Shown here in pieces: positions 19,583-29,130 of a DNA stretch of 64,000 bases; the first letter of the stretch is position 1; every line of letters starts with the position of its first letter. The DNA comes from an uncultured virus (IMG/VR IMGVR_UViG_3300020056_000009). Lineage: Duplodnaviria; Heunggongvirae; Uroviricota; Caudoviricetes. The position numbers were made by a program, and so were the translations under genes. A model generated the notes under the pieces. It saw only the letters and a program-made list of their open reading frames with translations, made no database searches and was not told the DNA's origin. The stretch lies in IMG/VR virus record IMGVR_UViG_3300020056_000009; one strand, 5' to 3'.

Positions 19583-20932
19583 ATGCCTGAAGTTCCACCT
19601 GCACCTTTACATATTACTACCCCTATGGGCCCTATTGAAGTAGACCCCGATAACATCCGAGATATTTATGGTTATGTGGCTAAGGCTACCAGTATGGATA
19701 TTCAAGACGAAGAAATTAAAAACTTTTTAGGAGATTCCGTAGAAACTAAGCGAGATTATTACAGCACCAAAGCCTATGTTGGTTGGGGTCATGCTATGAT
19801 GGCCGTTATTAACCGAGATTACGATATTGTTAAAATTACCAACTATAATAATCGCATGACTGCCGAAGCCAGCCCTATTTGGTTGGATGAACGCATCCGA
19901 TCTCGTGAAGGAGAAGAAACTCGCATCAAAGTTCCCCATCGCATGACGATGTATTTATCCCACAAAGATAATTCTCATGACCTTGTAATCACCTTTTATC
20001 CTTATGATACCTATGAGTTAGACATTTGTTATCATTTTGTTACCAATGGTAATTTTGATTACACTCATTGGAAAAACGAAATCAAAGAATCCTTTTCTAA
20101 GGAAGGTATTTACAAGAACCGTGCCATTACTGCTGATTTTGAATTTTTAGATTATCAAGATGTTTCTTGGGAAGATATTATCATTGAAACCAAGCCTCTC
20201 CAAGACCTCAATCGGAATGTTATTGATTTTATTTCCAACATGGACACCTACAAAAATTACAACATGAGGCTCAGTCGAGGTATTTTGCTTACGGGCCCTC
20301 CCGGAACGGGAAAGACTCTTTGTTGTAGTATTCTCATTAATCAAACCGATATTACCGTTATCTATGTTACTCGTAACGCCGTTACCGAAAGAGGACAAAT
20401 TGATGATTTGTATAAGTTAGCCCGATTCTTGAGTCCTTCTTTAGTAGTCTTTGAAGATATTGATACTTTAGGTGGTATCGATCGAGAAGAATCTGACCAT
20501 CCTCTCTTGGGAGAGTTCCTCAATTGCTTAGCAGGCGTAGAAGAAAATGATGGTGTTATTACTTTGGCAACCACCAATTATCCTCAACATTTAGATTGGG
20601 CTTTGGCAGATCGCCCCGGACGATTTGATGTTCGGATTAACTTTGGATATCCCGATAAAGATTCTCGCCAAAAGATTTTCTCCAAGTATTTGGCAGATTG
20701 TGAACAAGAAAAAATTAATTATTCTAATTGGGCCAAGAAAACTGATGGCTATTCGGGGGCCTATCTCCGAGAATTAGCCAATCTATCAATCATGATTAGC
20801 ATGGAATCCGAAGGAATTTTAACGGACAAAATTATTGAATCGGCCTTTGCAGAATTGGAATCACAACGCAAAATTGTAGCCAAAGAAAAGCGATTAATTC
20901 GCCATGATGACGAATCCCCGGATTATTATTGA
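19583..20932 (+). CDS. AAA+ ATPase (classic AAA clade; PAN/FtsH/CDC48-like ATPase module)
   Basis: Walker A GILLTGPPGTGKT, Walker B LVVFEDID, sensor ATTN, SRH DRPGRFD, TDGYSGA. Confidence 0.9.
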   Translation: MPEVPPAPLHITTPMGPIEVDPDNIRDIYGYVAKATSMDIQDEEIKNFLGDSVETKRDYYSTKAYVGWGHAMMAVINRDYDIVKITNYNNRMTAEASPIWLDERIRSREGEETRIKVPHRMTMYLSHKDNSHDLVITFYPYDTYELDICYHFVTNGNFDYTHWKNEIKESFSKEGIYKNRAITADFEFLDYQDVSWEDIIIETKPLQDLNRNVIDFISNMDTYKNYNMRLSRGILLTGPPGTGKTLCCSILINQTDITVIYVTRNAVTERGQIDDLYKLARFLSPSLVVFEDIDTLGGIDREESDHPLLGEFLNCLAGVEENDGVITLATTNYPQHLDWALADRPGRFDVRINFGYPDKDSRQKIFSKYLADCEQEKINYSNWAKKTDGYSGAYLRELANLSIMISMESEGILTDKIIESAFAELESQRKIVAKEKRLIRHDDESPDYY

Positions 20933-20971
20933 GTCGTAAAGTATAAATAGTCGGGATAGTAATATAATCCT

Positions 20972-22423
20972 ATGGCTAAGACTCGCCCCGAAGTAGATGA
21001 ATTAGTAGGTCAAAACATTGGTTTCCTTTTTGGAACCATGATGGATCTTCGTATGTGTCCTACCGAATTAAAGCATACTGGTAATGTCGAAGTGGGAGAA
21101 TTCAAAATGGTGGCTCACTTCCCTGCCGTTCACGAACAGAATGGCACCGAAAAACAATATCTTGCTAAGCACCGAACTTTCCGTGGTGGTCTTTATGCTA
21201 CTTATCAAGATGGACCCTACAAGATTGATGAAATCATGTGGGATGCTACCAACCGTGCAGGAGTTCACATGGTCACTAAGACCAAGTATGGACAAATTGT
21301 AGAGTTCCCTACCCAACCCTCTAAGTCTATGCCCGGAAGCATGAAATTAATGGTGCAAGAATATGTCGAATCACTCAAAACCCCCGGTTTTGTAATTCGT
21401 TGTAGTGGTCTTGGTGGTGCTTTGGAACCCATTCAAGGCAAGACTGATGAATATGATTTAGTTTTACTCAATGGAGATATCAAGTGTCCTAAGAAACTAC
21501 ATAGCCATGTTCCTGCCAAATATCACGCTGAAGATGATGGTCGCTTCAATGCTCAAATTGGATCTTGGAGTTTCCATGCCGAAGAAATTCTAAGTGGTAG
21601 TCCAGGATTACAACACCATGGTCTAACACGAAGGCGGAACATTACTGAAGTTCAAGATATTGAAATCGTAGTTAATATTAATTGGGAAACCGATGAAATG
21701 GTAGATACTAAGTATCAACAAGACCTTCAGAGTTGGGCAAACAATGTGATTGATTATTGGATGCATGACAACCGTGAAAAAATTATTGATGATGAATATG
21801 GAGATTGGTCTGACACTTGGTATTCTTCTGACGATGGACACGATGAGGATATTGAGGTTAGCGTCACATTTAATTGGGAATTGGATCAACTAAATAAAGG
21901 TGGCTCCGATTACGACGGAGCAGGCTATTGGGAATATGATGCCGAAAACTTCGAGGCTTCACAAAGATCTGGTAGCGATGCTGGTATGGGACTTTGCGGA
22001 GGCTGTAGAAAACAAGGACAACTAATGAACTTTGGTCGCCGCAAGATGTGTTACGATTGTGCCATGGAACGATATGGGGCTGAAGAATTTGCAGCCGTTA
22101 GTCCTTATGGACCCAACCTTCAACGAGAAAAGAAAAATATCGCTGATGCCGTAAGTGCTTCTTATGGAAGTTTCAAGTGGTCAGATTGCGTTTGGGGGCC
22201 ACATTTCCTACGATTTTCGGGAGAAGGTTCCAACAAGTTCTATTCCGTTTGGGTATGGGAACGCAGCCCCGGAGTTTACACCGCTATGGGTGCTTATGGT
22301 GGCTTAGGACAAAACCCCCGTTTGTTTAACATCACGCAAACTGCCGATCTTCAACGAGCCGTCAATGAGGCTCAAAAGAAGATGAACCAAAAGCAAAACA
22401 AAGGCTACGGTGTTTACAACTGA
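20972..22423 (+). CDS. multi-module protein with C-terminal WGR-like domain
   Basis: FLRFSGEGSNKFYSVWV..AYGGLG..KKMNQKQNKGY resembles a WGR domain. Linkers: YHAED, FNAQ, FHAEE, YDAENFEAS, YGAEEFAA. Confidence 0.8.
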   Translation: MAKTRPEVDELVGQNIGFLFGTMMDLRMCPTELKHTGNVEVGEFKMVAHFPAVHEQNGTEKQYLAKHRTFRGGLYATYQDGPYKIDEIMWDATNRAGVHMVTKTKYGQIVEFPTQPSKSMPGSMKLMVQEYVESLKTPGFVIRCSGLGGALEPIQGKTDEYDLVLLNGDIKCPKKLHSHVPAKYHAEDDGRFNAQIGSWSFHAEEILSGSPGLQHHGLTRRRNITEVQDIEIVVNINWETDEMVDTKYQQDLQSWANNVIDYWMHDNREKIIDDEYGDWSDTWYSSDDGHDEDIEVSVTFNWELDQLNKGGSDYDGAGYWEYDAENFEASQRSGSDAGMGLCGGCRKQGQLMNFGRRKMCYDCAMERYGAEEFAAVSPYGPNLQREKKNIADAVSASYGSFKWSDCVWGPHFLRFSGEGSNKFYSVWVWERSPGVYTAMGAYGGLGQNPRLFNITQTADLQRAVNEAQKKMNQKQNKGYGVYN

Positions 22424-22432
22424 GGAATTATT

Positions 22433-23365
22433 ATGGTTGATGTAGTCTATCACAAAGATGGCACACCCCAATGTAGCCAATGCAATACCGGTTACGAAGA
22501 TGCTGAAAGGGCTGAATACTGTTGTTCCTCTTGTGTAAATTGTGGATTTAGACAACATGGAATGCACGAAAGAGCAGCAGAATGTTGTCCTTGTTTTTGT
22601 GAGCCCAACGCTTGTTTCTGTGATGAAAACGGAGATTGTTGTCAAGATTATCTCAAAGATTATGGTGCAGAATGGCACCATGCTAACACCACTTGTCATG
22701 AATGTGGTTCTGACGATGTAGACTACACCAAAGTTTATTATTGTTCGCAATGTGGTGAAGACGATTTGGTTCCCGGTGAACAATGTTCTTGTGGTAACCT
22801 CGTCGGTAGCAAAGATTATTTTGAGCAAATGATTTGTGGTGACTGTGATAACGCATGGATTGAAGATGATTATTCCGCAGAAGTTATGTGGGATGATGAT
22901 AGTTGGACGCAAGTAAAAGATAACACCGTTGCTGATATTATTGCCGACGAATATCTTGATATGGGTGAAGATTATGATGATGCTGATGAATACGCTCGTC
23001 GGGCTGCCAAGAAAATGAATGCTGAATCCCCCGGAACAACTTCTTATTATATTGATGAAATGGTTTCTATTAAAGATGAAGAGGATTTCCAAACCTTGTT
23101 TAATCTTTACTTAGATCTTTACGATGATATTGCTAATATGGAATCTGCTAATATGATGAAAACTCAACGCTATCTTAGAGCCAAGCAACAATTGGCGGAG
23201 TTATCGGCTCGTCTTGATGAACTTCAAACGGAAGTAAAAATTATGCCCGAATTTGAATTCGAGGCTGATAATAGAATTATGTTGGGTCGTGGCCTTACCA
23301 TCGGAGCGATTGGCCTTTATGGATTAATCGCCTATTGGGGACTCAAATTAATTAGGAAAGTATAA
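22433..23365 (+). CDS. Cys-rich multi-module protein with C-terminal TM anchor
   Basis: Many CxxC pairs; YGAEW, YSAEV, MNAES and FEADN linkers, then GLTIGAIGLYGLIAYWGL. Confidence 0.85.
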   Translation: MVDVVYHKDGTPQCSQCNTGYEDAERAEYCCSSCVNCGFRQHGMHERAAECCPCFCEPNACFCDENGDCCQDYLKDYGAEWHHANTTCHECGSDDVDYTKVYYCSQCGEDDLVPGEQCSCGNLVGSKDYFEQMICGDCDNAWIEDDYSAEVMWDDDSWTQVKDNTVADIIADEYLDMGEDYDDADEYARRAAKKMNAESPGTTSYYIDEMVSIKDEEDFQTLFNLYLDLYDDIANMESANMMKTQRYLRAKQQLAELSARLDELQTEVKIMPEFEFEADNRIMLGRGLTIGAIGLYGLIAYWGLKLIRKV

Positions 23366-23390
23366 ATAGTAAAACGGAGTAATGATTAGT

Positions 23391-23729
23391 ATGGATTTAA
23401 AACTTATCGGCGTTTTGGCGGCTGTCGTAGTTGGCAGTAAGATGGTCTTGGATCGTTATACTCCTGCTGAAGAAGTTAAAGAGGCTCATGTAGAACCTGC
23501 TCGTCAAGCCTCTATTGCTCGTAATTGGGGCACCGTTGAGCGTGTTTCCACCGAGCGTAATATCATGGCGGGTCGTGCATTAGGACAAACTTTGGATTAT
23601 ACTCAACCTGTTGGACAACAAGGTGGAGAAGTTGTTAATCAAGATTGGACGGCTTACAGTTATACCCTTATGACTACTGAACCTACTTTCGGTCAAAACT
23701 ACTTTGGTCGATCTATTGGTTCTCAATGA
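23391..23729 (+). CDS. N-terminally anchored small protein
   Basis: ATG at 23391 is 30 nt from the TATA at 23361; LIGVLAAVVVG. Confidence 0.8.
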   Translation: MDLKLIGVLAAVVVGSKMVLDRYTPAEEVKEAHVEPARQASIARNWGTVERVSTERNIMAGRALGQTLDYTQPVGQQGGEVVNQDWTAYSYTLMTTEPTFGQNYFGRSIGSQ

Positions 23730-23768
23730 TACGCAAACTATAAATAGTTGTCAAGTCAAACTATTCTT

Positions 23769-24329
23769 ATGGTTGATTTCGTTGCCCTTCGTAATCAAAT
23801 CCTTCATGGCGAAGGCGAAGAGCCAACAGAGCGTCAGCCTACGGCGGTGGAAACTGAATCATTTAAGTTGTCCACAGGAATCCCTCTTTTCGTAGGTCTC
23901 AGCACTTTGGCTTTTATTGGTTTGGACAAATTTAAATTAAAGATGTTGGGCAAAGCCCAAACACCACTTATGATGTTGATGGGCGTAGCCCCCTTATCAT
24001 ATGGCTTGGGAAGACTTACTCGTGGTTTGCACAGCCAAGATGAAATTAAGCGATATGAACGCCTTTTAGAAGCCACTCAATCTGCTTACTCAGACCTTGA
24101 TGAACAGGCTGCAGAAACTGAAGAAAAAGAAGCCCAACCTGACCAAGTAGGATATTTAGATCCTGATGCTCAGTATTATTTTGACCCTGCCCCTTCTGCA
24201 GACCACCTTAACTTTGGTTCTATGGGTATTCATGGCGATGCTATCGGTCAAGAAATCTTTGCTTATGAGGCTCATCAAGACCTTTTCGCACCCCGACAAA
24301 GTTTTGAATCTCAAACATTTGGATGGTGA
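23769..24329 (+). CDS. membrane protein
   Basis: ATG at 23769 is 30 nt from the TATA at 23739; two hydrophobic segments. Confidence 0.8.
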   Translation: MVDFVALRNQILHGEGEEPTERQPTAVETESFKLSTGIPLFVGLSTLAFIGLDKFKLKMLGKAQTPLMMLMGVAPLSYGLGRLTRGLHSQDEIKRYERLLEATQSAYSDLDEQAAETEEKEAQPDQVGYLDPDAQYYFDPAPSADHLNFGSMGIHGDAIGQEIFAYEAHQDLFAPRQSFESQTFGW

Positions 24330-24333
24330 TTAA

Positions 24334-25203
24334 ATGAAGGAAGAATTTTACTGTTTGGCTCTTCGGAAAAAGGTAACCACTAAGGTTACTGGTGTGGCTA
24401 AGAAAAAGGGATATTCTCTTAAGGGTCTTTACAAAGAAGGTGGTAAAGAATATAAAGTCACCAAAACCTGCAGCAAGGCTAAGGCAGAAGAAGTGGCTCA
24501 AAAATTAGGGCTGGATATTGAACAACAAGTTGTCGAAATTAAGCAATCTGAATCTTCAGATTCAGTAGTTCCTGCTGACGATTTTATGCCGGAAGGAGAT
24601 GGCAAAGTTATTGGTCAAAACACGGCTGGTGTATCTACTGCTATTGAGGGAACTCAAGATACAGTTACCAGCAATACGACTCCTTTTCATTCAGAATCTG
24701 AATCTAAAGATTCCGATAACGAAGATAATATTGGACCTATGAGTATGGCTTCAGAATCTGAGGAATCGGATTCCTCTTGTGCTTGTGGATGTTCTACAGG
24801 ATCTTGCAAATGTCCTCCTGGCTGCAAGTGCGGTTGCACCGATATCTCTACGGGAATCACACATGAATCAGAGTCGTTTGAGCAACAAACGACTGGTGGT
24901 GGCATGGATTATGCTATCGAACCTGACCATTGGCTACGCCTTCAAGCCCACCCCGAATGGAAGGAATGGGCTCCTGAAGTCAATGTTAGTCGAGAATCTA
25001 ACTATTGGGTAATTACTTGTCCTGATGTCTCTGCTGACGATATTTTAGAACTTATTATTGCTACGGCAGAATCTGGATCTCCAAGCACTCCACAAGTTCA
25101 AATTGAAGGAACTACCAAAAATCGTGGTTTGGCTTTAGGTTTTGGATTAGTAGGGTTGGCTGCTTCTCTGATATTAATCCGTAATTTGAATAAGGAGGAA
25201 TAG
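24334..25203 (+). CDS. multi-module protein: basic N-terminal domain, Cys cluster, C-terminal TM
   Basis: EFYCLALRKKV... basic module; CACGCSTGSCKCPPGCKCGC; FHSES, MASES, HESES and TAES linkers. Confidence 0.8.
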   Translation: MKEEFYCLALRKKVTTKVTGVAKKKGYSLKGLYKEGGKEYKVTKTCSKAKAEEVAQKLGLDIEQQVVEIKQSESSDSVVPADDFMPEGDGKVIGQNTAGVSTAIEGTQDTVTSNTTPFHSESESKDSDNEDNIGPMSMASESEESDSSCACGCSTGSCKCPPGCKCGCTDISTGITHESESFEQQTTGGGMDYAIEPDHWLRLQAHPEWKEWAPEVNVSRESNYWVITCPDVSADDILELIIATAESGSPSTPQVQIEGTTKNRGLALGFGLVGLAASLILIRNLNKEE

Positions 25204-25205
25204 TT

Positions 25206-25796
25206 TTGACTGGGTATAACATTACCTGTGACCCCGGCGATTTATACAATCGCAAGTGTTATGTAACTACCAGTTCCGGACAAAAACAAGAAATTATTGG
25301 TTACGATTCCGCTGGTAATCCTATTAGTAAGGGCACCACTACGGCAGCGGGAACCGCATGGCAACCTAATCTCACGGTCTTAGACCAATCGGGTAATGCC
25401 TATCAACCTTATGGCTCTGCCGGTCTTCCTTTTACTCTTTCTGGTATCGCAGGTATCTTTGGAATCACACCTTCTTCAGGTGCCGATCCACAAGATTGGA
25501 AATATATCACGGAACACGCCCCCGGCTCTTACTCTCGCAAAATGTATAATCAACGAGTCTGTAATCCTCTATGGCCTACTTTGGGTTGTCGAACTGAGCC
25601 TACGGATAATACTAAATTACAAACGGCTCCACAAGAAGTAGAATCAACAGATTCTACTTGGTATCAAAAATGGTTTTCGGCAGAATCTGAAGGCATCAAT
25701 TGGAAATCTATGGGACGAGGGGCTCTTATCGGAGGTCTTGCTGCCGTTGGTTTTACTAAGTTGTTAGATATGGCGGGAGGCAAATCTCGTGACTAA
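25206..25796 (+). CDS. C-terminally anchored protein
   Basis: TTG after an AGGAGG SD; WFSAESEG followed by GALIGGLAAVGF. Confidence 0.8.
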   Translation: MTGYNITCDPGDLYNRKCYVTTSSGQKQEIIGYDSAGNPISKGTTTAAGTAWQPNLTVLDQSGNAYQPYGSAGLPFTLSGIAGIFGITPSSGADPQDWKYITEHAPGSYSRKMYNQRVCNPLWPTLGCRTEPTDNTKLQTAPQEVESTDSTWYQKWFSAESEGINWKSMGRGALIGGLAAVGFTKLLDMAGGKSRD

Positions 25797-26091
25797 ACAA
25801 GAAAAATCTCTTATTTCTGAAAAGAGATCTGAAGAAGAAGAAGCCAAAATGTCGGCTCGTCGTAAGGCTTGGCGAAATCTCTTAATTCCTGCCGTTGGTT
25901 CGGCGGCTTTCTTTACCAGCACTATGTTGGGAATTATTCGCACCAAGAAACAACACGGTTGGCCGAATGGTTCTTTTTATATTTCTGATTATTTGCTTAT
26001 GGGCATTCCTTTCTTAATTTTAGGATTAGGTTTTTATGAAGAGTTTGCTACCGATCGAGAATCAATTTTTAATTCGGAGGCGTCAGAATGA
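25789..26091 (+). CDS. small membrane protein (2 TM)
   Basis: GGGAGG SD; hydrophobic; ends FNSEASE. Confidence 0.75.
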   Translation: MTKQEKSLISEKRSEEEEAKMSARRKAWRNLLIPAVGSAAFFTSTMLGIIRTKKQHGWPNGSFYISDYLLMGIPFLILGLGFYEEFATDRESIFNSEASE

Positions 26092-28124
26092 TTGTAGGTT
26101 CTCAAGTTTCTCTCCCCCAAGTTCATTCTTGGCAAGTTTATTTAGCCAAAGAACCTAATTTTTTTGGTGTCGAAGAAGGTGACCAAATTAATCTTGATGA
26201 TTATGAATTGGTTGCTAAAATTGATGGAGAATACCCTCCTTTTCAAGTGGCTCAAAATATTGATGATGCTTGGGTAAACAACGATACTACTTTAGAAGTT
26301 TATGGTGATAACCAAAACGGTTGTCGTTCTTTATCTGTCAGCGATATAGTTTGTAACACCATTACTGGACAATGTTATATTGTTAATAACATTGGATACC
26401 ATTTATTATCCAAAGCCGAAAGTTCTAAATCTGCCGAAGGAGATCCAGAATGGATGACCAACAAAGACCTCCGACGACGATTATTTTTGAAATCTCAAAA
26501 ACAAGGTGGAGTTCCCAAAATCTGTGAAGTTTGCGAAGATTCCGAATCTAATTTGCGTTATTATCAAGAAGATGGCGAACAATTTGTAGTTTGCAAAGAT
26601 TGTTTAGAACAAAGCATGGACGATTGGAAAAATATTTTTGGACGCCGTCCTACTTGGAATGCTGAGTTTAATTCTTCTACTGATGCTTACGCTATGGCTT
26701 ATTCTCAAGGTCATTCTCATGGCCGTAATCAACAACCTTACGACCCCAAACTTACTAAAGAAGAGCGAAATGTCTTTATCACAGCATGGAAAAACGCTGA
26801 AGTAGACAACAACGATCGCTTTTGGGTAGACCTTACTTGTCCTTGGTGTGGTAAACCCTACGACGGCACCGAAGTCTTAGACGAATACGAAGGTTGGATT
26901 GTGCATTATCGTTGTGCGGCCTCTGATAACTACAAAGCCGAAACCTTTGGGGGTAACTTTAGTGAAACTATGGAAGGCCAAATTACTTACGAGGTTTCCT
27001 TCACTTCTTCTCTCCCTATGGACCAAGATTATGATTATGATGATAATATAATTCAAGATTATGTAGAAGAACTTATTCGTGATGATGGATCTCGAAAAGG
27101 AATCCAATCTTTTGATTTTGTTATGGGTAGCGGTTGGTATTCTGGTTCCCACATTAATGGCACAGTAACATGGTGGACAGGAAATTACTCTGCTGAAACC
27201 TTTGAAGCCCAAGAATACTATTATGGGTTGGGTGATTATTACGAGGAAGACCCAGACTTGTGGGAACATTGGGACAAATATAGAATCAGGCATAGAGTTC
27301 GGGATGCGATTTTAAAGATGCCTACTGATAAGGCTTGGGAATACATTATTGAGATTGATAGTCATGATGGTGCTATATCAGAAGAAGAAAATGAGGCGTG
27401 GGAAACAGCCTTAGCCAACAAGGATTTAGAAGCCGCAGTCCAAAATCTAATTATTGAAAGGGGTTATATTAACGAAGGTTGGGGGACAGGAATTATCAAC
27501 GAATTAAAAGACCATAATTACTACCGAGCCGAATCAAATATAAAAACCTTTAAATGTGGTTTATGTTGGGCAGAATTACCAGTTAATTTATTGATGGATG
27601 GGGATTTAGTTGCTGATAAATTTGGCATGGGTGTCGCACATATGTGTCATCCTTGTTATTATCGAGTTGATATCGATGAGTCTGATGAACTTATGGATTA
27701 CAATTCTAAAATTCCACAATATCAAAAACCTTGGTCAGAATCTTGTTCCATTTGTGGAGAAGATCCAGATCACATTTGTTTTGAAGCCCCCTCTTACGGT
27801 AATTATTATGGGGCTTGCTTACTTCCTGATGGCTCTTGCACCGAAACCAGTTTAGAAATGTGTCGTGCCTTAGGCGGTAATTTCCAAGGCCCCGGCACTT
27901 CTTGTTATGCTGATGCTGGTTGGGCTAAACCCCGAGTTATGAGGGCAGAATCATCGAAAGGTCTGGGGAAAGGATTAACTATTGGTATTGTCGCAGGTAT
28001 CATTTCGGGTTTGGTAACCACAGTTTTTGGAACGGTGATTTCTGAGATTCTTTTGGACCGACTTCGTGAAGATCCAGAATTAGAAATTACGGATGAAGAA
28101 GTGGATTCCACTAATACACCATAG
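26088..28124 (+). CDS. multi-module protein: YodL-like N-terminus, zinc ribbons, Cys-Gly module, C-terminal TM
   Basis: RSLSVSDIV (YodL-like); GACLLPDGSC..C..LGGNFQGPGTSC module. Linkers: KAES, KSAEG, WNAEF, KNAE, YKAETFG, YSAETFEAQ, YRAES, FEAP, MRAES. Confidence 0.85.
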   Translation: MIVGSQVSLPQVHSWQVYLAKEPNFFGVEEGDQINLDDYELVAKIDGEYPPFQVAQNIDDAWVNNDTTLEVYGDNQNGCRSLSVSDIVCNTITGQCYIVNNIGYHLLSKAESSKSAEGDPEWMTNKDLRRRLFLKSQKQGGVPKICEVCEDSESNLRYYQEDGEQFVVCKDCLEQSMDDWKNIFGRRPTWNAEFNSSTDAYAMAYSQGHSHGRNQQPYDPKLTKEERNVFITAWKNAEVDNNDRFWVDLTCPWCGKPYDGTEVLDEYEGWIVHYRCAASDNYKAETFGGNFSETMEGQITYEVSFTSSLPMDQDYDYDDNIIQDYVEELIRDDGSRKGIQSFDFVMGSGWYSGSHINGTVTWWTGNYSAETFEAQEYYYGLGDYYEEDPDLWEHWDKYRIRHRVRDAILKMPTDKAWEYIIEIDSHDGAISEEENEAWETALANKDLEAAVQNLIIERGYINEGWGTGIINELKDHNYYRAESNIKTFKCGLCWAELPVNLLMDGDLVADKFGMGVAHMCHPCYYRVDIDESDELMDYNSKIPQYQKPWSESCSICGEDPDHICFEAPSYGNYYGACLLPDGSCTETSLEMCRALGGNFQGPGTSCYADAGWAKPRVMRAESSKGLGKGLTIGIVAGIISGLVTTVFGTVISEILLDRLREDPELEITDEEVDSTNTP

Positions 28125-28155
28125 ATATAAGTAGGTGGCCGAATTATAATTCGGC

Positions 28156-28644
28156 ATGGATGCCAATGAGGTATGGTTAGAATACCTTTCGGCTCGTCGA
28201 GAAAGTTATTTACTTGAGCGTCGTCGTAATCTTGGCACCGAATATGCTTTAGACCCGCAAAAGTGGAATTCTATCTTAGAACAAGAATGGATTGTTATGC
28301 AAGATCGTTTATCTTCAGGACACGATGTTGAAGAACCTCTTAAACGCCAATTAGGAGAAGATTTCTTTGAACGCAAACTAATGGAACAATTAGAATCTGA
28401 AGTTCACCAAGTTGCTTCTGATTTCGAGGAAATCCAATGGAATGACAAACTTTTACCTTTTGTCTATTATGAGGATTTTATTATGCTGGCACAGCAAGGT
28501 ATATTTAGGTTGGAAGAATTTATTTTTGATAAGGGTCGTCGATGGGAAAAGAAAGTCTTGGAACTTTTGACTTCTTATGGTTATGAATCCGTCGGCCACA
28601 TTGAATTATTCGAGGAGGTGTATCTTCATGTCGTCAAAAAATAA
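28156..28644 (+). CDS. hypothetical protein
   Basis: TATA variant at -30. Confidence 0.8.
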   Translation: MDANEVWLEYLSARRESYLLERRRNLGTEYALDPQKWNSILEQEWIVMQDRLSSGHDVEEPLKRQLGEDFFERKLMEQLESEVHQVASDFEEIQWNDKLLPFVYYEDFIMLAQQGIFRLEEFIFDKGRRWEKKVLELLTSYGYESVGHIELFEEVYLHVVKK

Positions 28645-29092
28645 TTGGAAAGAAATTAATGAATATGATTTGGTATCGGTTAAATGGATGTTAATTATTG
28701 TCGTGGGCTTATCAGTAGTCGTCCAAACTATTGCTCAATTTTTGACTCCAAGTTTTTGGCTTAACTATCAACTTTTAGCCTTTATTTTGGCAACCAATGT
28801 CGGTGCGGTGGTGTTAGCAATGATGGCTCAACATTCTGCTGACAAAATCTCGGCCAAATATCAAGAAGCCTTCACCCCGGAATTTTATCAAGGACTTAAT
28901 GCTATTACCAAAGTTTTTAACGGTTTAGAGAAACAGGCTCAATCCAATGACCAAGATCTTGCCGAAGAATTAGAATCTTTAGGTCCTCGATTATACGGCT
29001 TTTTGTTTGCTGACCGTCCTGATTTATCACCTCCAGAAATCGAAGTCGCTCCTGTTCAACCCTATGATGATGAGTCAGAATTGTTTGAGTGA
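28628..29092 (+). CDS. membrane protein (2 TM)
   Basis: ATG at 28628 after a GAGGAGGTG SD. Confidence 0.8.
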   Translation: MSSKNNWKEINEYDLVSVKWMLIIVVGLSVVVQTIAQFLTPSFWLNYQLLAFILATNVGAVVLAMMAQHSADKISAKYQEAFTPEFYQGLNAITKVFNGLEKQAQSNDQDLAEELESLGPRLYGFLFADRPDLSPPEIEVAPVQPYDDESELFE

Positions 29093-29130
29093 TGCAAAAG
29101 ACCCAAAATAATAAATAACAAGGTTTAGAA

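Noticed and set aside
19583..20932. AAA ATPase as genome-packaging ATPase or terminase
   Set aside because: It has the SRH motif of classic AAA unfoldases, not FtsK/HerA/A32 or terminase motifs.
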